A stretch of DNA of 64,000 bases from Hydrurus foetidus (Eukaryota): the NCBI GenBank assembly GCA_900617105.1, contig UYFQ01000010.1:124001-188000 (forward strand), given 5' to 3'. The notes beneath the pieces are model-generated. The model saw nothing but the letters and a program-made list of their open reading frames with translations, was not told where the DNA came from and did no database searches. Below, one piece after another: positions 59,052 to 64,000 of the stretch. A program made the position numbers and the translations under genes. The first letter of the stretch is position 1; every line of letters starts with the position of its first letter.

Positions 59052-59437
59052 GGGGATGTATTTTCAGGGAAAGTGATGGCGACCGCGGCGGTGGCCATGC
59101 GATCCAGGGACACGCTGCGTGGCCCCAGTAGTTGGGCTCCGGGGCCAGCTGCCGCCAGTGCAGAAGATTCGGCCAGGCTACGCTGACCATAACGTGTAGG
59201 AACATGGGCACTGGTGTGGGCCTGCTGGTTGTGCAAAGCATTTGCGGGGATTGCGATGACTGGCAAACCCCAGTCGGCAGCAAAGCGCACGAACGCTGGC
59301 GCGGTCGCCTTGTCCCAGGCGGTGGCCAGTGCGGTCAGGGAGATGGGCGTGCCGGATTGTGCCAAGGCGGCCTCCAGAGCGCGCTTCAACGACTCCGTAG
59401 TTGCCGCAGCCCGAAACCCGAACCCCGCCACGCTCAT
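59048..59437 (-). CDS. cobE: Cobalamin biosynthesis protein CobE / CbiG C-terminal domain
   Basis: [25 protein letters not shown]. Confidence 0.8.
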   Translation of the reverse strand: MSVAGFGFRAAATTESLKRALEAALAQSGTPISLTALATAWDKATAPAFVRFAADWGLPVIAIPANALHNQQAHTSAHVPTRYGQRSLAESSALAAAGPGAQLLGPRSVSLDRMATAAVAITFPENTSP

Positions 59438-59447
59438 ACGCGGCCCT

Positions 59448-60629
59448 TCACAGCCGGGTGCTCCACTGCACCACAGGGCGGCTAGGCTGCCAGCCCCGCA
59501 TGCGCCCCAGCGGTGCTGCGTGCGCGAGCTCGATGCGCAGCAGCTCGCCGCCGTGCACCGTATGCAGTTGCAGCAGGGCTGATTCGGTTTCCAGCGTCAC
59601 GGCATTGACCACCAGGCGAATGCCTCTGGGCGCGACCGCGCGCAGTGCTTCGAACAGAACCAGGTCAAACCCGCCGCCTACAAACACGGCAGCGGGTGTG
59701 GGCAAATTCTGCAGGGCCTGCATGGCGGGCCCGTGCACCACCGTTAGCGCCGCCTCTACGCCAAAGCGCCGGGCATTGGACTGGATGTTGGCCACCCGTT
59801 CGGCCTGTTGCTCCACAGCGCTGGCCGTGCCACCCGCTAAGCACCACTCCACGGCAATAGAGCCCGAGCCCGCACCCAAGTCCCACAGATGTTCGCCATG
59901 GCGCGGTGCCAGTGCCGACAGCGTGATGGCGCGCACGGGCCACTTGGTGATCTGGCCATCGTGGGCAAAGCCGGCGTCTGGCCGCCCTGGCGTGCGGGCC
60001 AGGCCCAGCAGGCCGAGCACCTCCACGGCGATAGCTACGGGCGCGATGGCGTCTGCCAAGTCGCAAGACCGTGCCGTAGCCTCGCGTACGCGTTCCCTGG
60101 GGCCGCCTAGGGCTTCCAACACCCAGACGCGGGAGTCGCCCGCGCCTTGCTCAGTTAGCCAGCGCGCGTACTCGGCAACTGCTTGGCCATCGCGCAGCAG
60201 GCACACCAGACGCTCACCCTGGTGCAGCACCGGCAGCGTGTTTGCAAAGGGCGTGGCGTGCAGACCAAAGCAATGCGTGGTTTCCAGCGCCCAGCCCAAC
60301 CGGGCAGCCGCCCAGGCAAAGGTAGACGGTGCGGGAAAGGTCTGCCATTCCCCCGGGTGCAGGTGTTTTGCGAGGCTGCTCCCTGCGCCATACCAAAACG
60401 GATCACCAGAAGCCAACACGGCGACAGACTGGCCACGCAGTGCCAGCACTGGGGCAACATCAAAGGGAACGGGCCACGCAATGCCGCGGGGCCCGGCCTC
60501 TGCCAGCGCCAGGTGCCTGGGGCCTCCGACCACATACTGTGCATTCGCCAGGGCCGAGCGGCTACCATCCGACAGACCATGCAGTCCATCCTCACCCATG
60601 CCAATGATTGAAAGCCAGGGTTCAGCCAT
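59448..60629 (-). CDS. cobL: Precorrin-6B C5,15-methyltransferase
   Basis: WLSIIGMGEDG, ASGDPF, HDGQITK, WDLGAGSGS. Confidence 0.93.
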   Translation of the reverse strand: MAEPWLSIIGMGEDGLHGLSDGSRSALANAQYVVGGPRHLALAEAGPRGIAWPVPFDVAPVLALRGQSVAVLASGDPFWYGAGSSLAKHLHPGEWQTFPAPSTFAWAAARLGWALETTHCFGLHATPFANTLPVLHQGERLVCLLRDGQAVAEYARWLTEQGAGDSRVWVLEALGGPRERVREATARSCDLADAIAPVAIAVEVLGLLGLARTPGRPDAGFAHDGQITKWPVRAITLSALAPRHGEHLWDLGAGSGSIAVEWCLAGGTASAVEQQAERVANIQSNARRFGVEAALTVVHGPAMQALQNLPTPAAVFVGGGFDLVLFEALRAVAPRGIRLVVNAVTLETESALLQLHTVHGGELLRIELAHAAPLGRMRGWQPSRPVVQWSTRL

Positions 60630-61395
60630 AACGCGTGTTCTCGTATTGGGCGGTACCACCGAAGCCAGTCGCCTGGCACAGGCCTTGGCCGATGCGCAGG
60701 TGGACGCCATTTTTTCGTATGCCGGGCGTATCGAATCCCCGCTGCCACAGCCTCTGCCCGTGCGGGTAGGGGGGTTTGGCGGGGTGGATGGTTTGCGCGC
60801 CTGGTTGCTGCAGCACCAGATCACCCATGTGGTGGATGCGACCCATCCCTTCGCGGCCCAAATGAGCCGTAACGCGGTGGCAGCCTGTGCAGCTACCGAC
60901 ATTCCGCTGTTGGCGCTGGAGCGCCCGGCCTGGCAGGTCCAGGTGGGCGACCGTTGGCAACACGTGCCAGATATGGAGTCCGCTGCGCAGGCTTTGCCCA
61001 CTGTTGCGTCCCGCGTCTTCCTGGCGATTGGTCGGCTGCATGTAGAGCCGTTTTTGGTTCACGCGCAGCATTGGTTTTTGTTGCGTTTGGTGGATGCTTC
61101 GCTGGCGTTGCCAGCTGGGCTCGGCCACATCGTGCTGGCACGCGGCCCGTTTACCGAAGCCGCCGACACCGCATTGCTGCAACAGCACCGCATCACGCAC
61201 GTCGTGGCCAAAAACTCCGGAGGCGGCGGTGCTGAGGCCAAGCTCAGCGCCGCCCGTGCCCTGGGTTTGCCCGTCATCCTGATTGACCGCCCCGCTGTTG
61301 CGCGCCGGCCCACGGTGGCGCGCGTCGACGAGGTGCTGCAGTGGGTTGCGGATCATCATGGCAGCACCGGCGTGGCCACCGAACGCGGCGTGTAA
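60628..61395 (+). CDS. cobK: Precorrin-6A reductase (start uncertain: ATA 60628, or ATG 60604/60598)
   Basis: RVLVLGGTTEA, GGFGG, DATHPFA, RGPF, KNSGG. Confidence 0.9.
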   Translation: MTRVLVLGGTTEASRLAQALADAQVDAIFSYAGRIESPLPQPLPVRVGGFGGVDGLRAWLLQHQITHVVDATHPFAAQMSRNAVAACAATDIPLLALERPAWQVQVGDRWQHVPDMESAAQALPTVASRVFLAIGRLHVEPFLVHAQHWFLLRLVDASLALPAGLGHIVLARGPFTEAADTALLQQHRITHVVAKNSGGGGAEAKLSAARALGLPVILIDRPAVARRPTVARVDEVLQWVADHHGSTGVATERGV

Positions 61396-62105
61396 ACAAA
61401 CCGGCCAACTTGCCGGGTCGCACTATTGCCCACGATGACGACGGTGCGCATGTCTGCCATGTCGGCACGCGCCTGCGCTAGAGGCAAGGTGTGAATCCGT
61501 TCCTCGGCGGTACTGACAGCGCGGGCAAAAGTGATGAGCCGGTCCGGGCCACATATCTCCAGCAGTAGCGCAAGGATGCGCACAAAGGTGTCAGGGCGGC
61601 TGGCAGAGCGGGGGTTGTAGAAGGCCAAGGCAAAGTCCGCTCCGGCCGCAGCGCGCACGCGGTCTTCAATCAGTCTGGCGGGCTTCAGGTTGTCACTGAG
61701 GTTGATGGCGCAAAAGTCGTGGCCTAAAGGCGCACCGGATTTGGCTGCGGCGGCCAACATGGCGGTAATGCCGGGCAGCACGCGAATGTCCAACGCCTGC
61801 CACTGCGGCTGTCCTTCCAGTGCCTCGAATACGGCGGCGGCCATAGCAAACACACCGGGGTCGCCCGACGACACCACCACCACCTTGTGGCCTGCGGCCG
61901 CCATCAGCAGGGCCGCCCGTGCGCGGTCCATTTCCACCCGGTTGTCCGAGGCATGCAAGGTAAGCCCGGGCCGCGGCGCAATGCGTGCGACGTAGGGGAT
62001 GTAGCCCACGATGTCGGTGGCGTTGGCCAGCGCTTCGCTGACCTCTGGAGTGATCAGGCGTTCGTCACCCGGCCCCAAGCCGGCAATACAGAGCCAGCCG
62101 CTCAT
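61356..62105 (-). CDS. cobJ: Precorrin-3B C17-methyltransferase
   Basis: GLGPG, SSGDPGVF, GHDFCAINLSD, YTPR. Confidence 0.94.
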   Translation of the reverse strand: MSGWLCIAGLGPGDERLITPEVSEALANATDIVGYIPYVARIAPRPGLTLHASDNRVEMDRARAALLMAAAGHKVVVVSSGDPGVFAMAAAVFEALEGQPQWQALDIRVLPGITAMLAAAAKSGAPLGHDFCAINLSDNLKPARLIEDRVRAAAGADFALAFYNPRSASRPDTFVRILALLLEICGPDRLITFARAVSTAEERIHTLPLAQARADMADMRTVVIVGNSATRQVGRFVYTPRSVATPVLP

Positions 62106-62833
62106 TCCTGTACCTCCGGGCGCCGGCCCTGGCCGTGCACCAGCACGATAGCAAAGTAGGGGCAGTCGTTGCCGTCCACCTCGGCAAGCGGTATCACACG
62201 CTGGCCGGGCATGGTGCCGCGTTCCACCAGCCAGGCCTGTGCCAGCCGGCCGGTGGCTTGCAGCGCCCGGCGCACGCGGGGCAGGTTGCGCCCCGTCTTC
62301 ATGATGACCAGCGCGTCCGCCGATTGCATGTGCCGCTCCAGCTCCACATCGGGCAAGGTGCCCATGAGTACGGTCATCACGTCATCGCCCCAGGTGATGG
62401 GCGTTTGCGTGGCTGACCAGCAGCCCACCATGCCGGGAATGCCCGGGATGACGTCGACCTGTGCACGCCCTTGTAAGCGGGTGTACAGGTGCATGAAGGA
62501 GCCGTAGAAAAACGGATCACCCTCACACAGTACGAGCACGTCTTGGGTCTGTGCCAGAGCGGCCAGGCGGTTGGCCCAGTCGTCGTAAAAGGTGGCCAGG
62601 CAGTGGATGTACTCGGGGCTGTCAAAGGGCAGCTCGGTGGTGACGGGGTACTCCATGGGGTACTCCACGGCGTGCGGTGCCAGCATGCCCTCCACAATGC
62701 GCCGTGCCTGACCGGGGCGCCCTTTTTTGCGGAAATACGCGACATGGCCGGCACTGCGGATGGCGCGGTCGGAGCGAACACTCATCAGATCGGGGTCGCC
62801 AGGGCCCAGGCCTGCGCACACTATGCGGCCCAT
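62102..62833 (-). CDS. cobI: Precorrin-2 C20-methyltransferase
   Basis: GLGPGDPDL, CEGDPFFYGS, PYFA. Confidence 0.94.
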   Translation of the reverse strand: MGRIVCAGLGPGDPDLMSVRSDRAIRSAGHVAYFRKKGRPGQARRIVEGMLAPHAVEYPMEYPVTTELPFDSPEYIHCLATFYDDWANRLAALAQTQDVLVLCEGDPFFYGSFMHLYTRLQGRAQVDVIPGIPGMVGCWSATQTPITWGDDVMTVLMGTLPDVELERHMQSADALVIMKTGRNLPRVRRALQATGRLAQAWLVERGTMPGQRVIPLAEVDGNDCPYFAIVLVHGQGRRPEVQE

Positions 62834-63465
62834 CAAATCTCCCTCCGGCTGGCCAGCGCATTGATGGCCGCCACGGTAATGGCGGAACCTCCCAACCGGC
62901 CGCTCACCACCATGGATGGCACCGGCGGGGCAGCCATCAGCGCGGCCTTGGATTCGGCGGCACCGACAAAGCCCACGGGGCAGGCAATGATGGCAGCAGG
63001 CCGTGGGCAGGCCGGGTCTTGCAGCAGGTTCAGCAGGTGAAACAGCGCGGTCGGCGCATTGCCAATGGCCACCACGGCCCCCGCCAGATGCGTGCGCCAC
63101 AGCTCCACAGCGGCCGCGCTGCGGGTGGTGCCCAGCGTGCGGGCCAGTTCGCGTACCTCGGCGTCTTGCAGAGTGCAAATAACGGCGTTGTTGGCGGGCA
63201 ATCGGCTGCGGGTGATGCCTTCGCTCACCATGCGCACGTCGCACAGAATGGGCGCGCCGGCTTCCAGAGCCTCTCGGGTGGCCATAGCCATGCCGGGCGT
63301 GAAGTGGATCTGGGATTCCAGACCCACCATGCCCGAGGCGTGCACCATGCGTACTGCTGCCATTTCTTCCACGGCGTCAAAGCGGGCCAGGTCGGCCTCG
63401 GCGCGGATGATGGCAAACGACTGCCGGTAGATGGCCTCGCCATCGGTTTCATAAATGTGTCGCAT
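62833..63465 (-). CDS. cobH: Precorrin-8X methylmutase
   Basis: IYRQSFAII, IGNAPTALF, PVGFVGAAESK, GGSA. Confidence 0.95.
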   Translation of the reverse strand: MRHIYETDGEAIYRQSFAIIRAEADLARFDAVEEMAAVRMVHASGMVGLESQIHFTPGMAMATREALEAGAPILCDVRMVSEGITRSRLPANNAVICTLQDAEVRELARTLGTTRSAAAVELWRTHLAGAVVAIGNAPTALFHLLNLLQDPACPRPAAIIACPVGFVGAAESKAALMAAPPVPSMVVSGRLGGSAITVAAINALASRREI

Positions 63466-64000
63466 GCGGTAGTTGTTGTATCTGGGTGGCCAGTGCCGCC
63501 GGGGTCAACCCCACCCAGTCGGGTGGGGAGGCGGCATGTCCGTGTTGAATCAGGTCGTACCCGCGTGCGGTTGCGACGACGGTCAGCGCGGCAGCGGGGT
63601 GCGCACAGCCTTTGGTACAGCCGGAGACATGCAGGGTCCGGCCAGTTGGAAGGGATGCCGCCAGTGCGCGGGCCAGCGGCCGTGTGGCTCCCGCTGCCTG
63701 CCCACACCCGGGGGCGCCCGTGCAGGCGCTGATGCGCAAGCGTGTGTCGTCAGCGCTGGTAATAAGGTCTGGCCGTGCAGGTAGCGCTTGCACGCCTTCC
63801 AGCAGCAGGCTGCGCCAGGGTGTCAGGCGCAGGGGCGCCAACTCCGCCAATGTGGCCAGTGTGCTCACATGCAACTGTCCAAACGCTAGTGCGGCGAGAT
63901 AGCCCTGCGGTACGCGGCCCAACGCAGGACGTTGCTGTGTTGCCGTCGGTACCGGTGTGGTGGTGAAACGTTGCGGCAGCATGTGGCTGGCAACCAGGGA
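63449..64000 (-). CDS. cobG: Precorrin-3B synthase, C-terminal part (starts beyond the window)
   Basis: FGQL, RLTPWR, ACTGAPGC, HVSGCTKGCAH. Confidence 0.85.
   Translation of the reverse strand, partial: SLVASHMLPQRFTTTPVPTATQQRPALGRVPQGYLAALAFGQLHVSTLATLAELAPLRLTPWRSLLLEGVQALPARPDLITSADDTRLRISACTGAPGCGQAAGATRPLARALAASLPTGRTLHVSGCTKGCAHPAAALTVVATARGYDLIQHGHAASPPDWVGLTPAALATQIQQLPHATHL

Noticed and set aside
59401..60597. 664-aa plus-strand ORF as a single giant CobK fusion
   Set aside because: The first ~400 codons are the antisense shadow of cobL; CobK homology begins only near 60628.
1..64000. CRISPR array or cas genes
   Set aside because: No regularly spaced repeat-spacer array. The 45-bp motif copies are mostly kilobases apart and occur in both orientations.

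Overview
High-GC betaproteobacterial chromosome segment; gene content and order suggest Comamonadaceae, possibly Rhodoferax-like (inference). The core backbone comprises efp-earP, uvrC-pgsA, hupB-tRNA-Val-ppiD-tRNA-His, surE-pcm-nlpD-rpoS-rlmD and rlmB. It also carries a Fur-box-rich iron cluster (hemP, exbD, exbB, tonB, piuC, a TonB-dependent receptor, bfd, an imelysin/di-heme/DUF1513 operon, bfr, DUF2325), a chromate transporter pair, beta-oxidation genes and part of an aerobic cobalamin (cob) operon. There are three accessory patches: (1) about 7.5-19.1 kb after tRNA-His, with phage-like debris, higBA plus a chimeric antitoxin, BLUF, duplicated HTH-REC regulators, two kinases, a NarL-type regulator and an HD-GYP regulator; (2) 42.7-46.8 kb, bounded by 95-bp direct repeats and holding mazEF and many gene fragments; (3) 47.6-48.5 kb, with a solitary attC-like site. 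The most striking unexplained signal is a dispersed 45-bp motif, TAGCCCYYRT-N6-TGCGCNAGCAGCTAY-N7-RTAGC. It occurs 12 times with no indels, in both orientations, both between genes and in frame inside earP, rpoS, rlmD, an imelysin signal peptide, DUF2325 and waaF. Its fixed geometry and variable spacers look more like a genome-wide protein-binding site than a simple MITE. All calls are by eye; no database searches were run.
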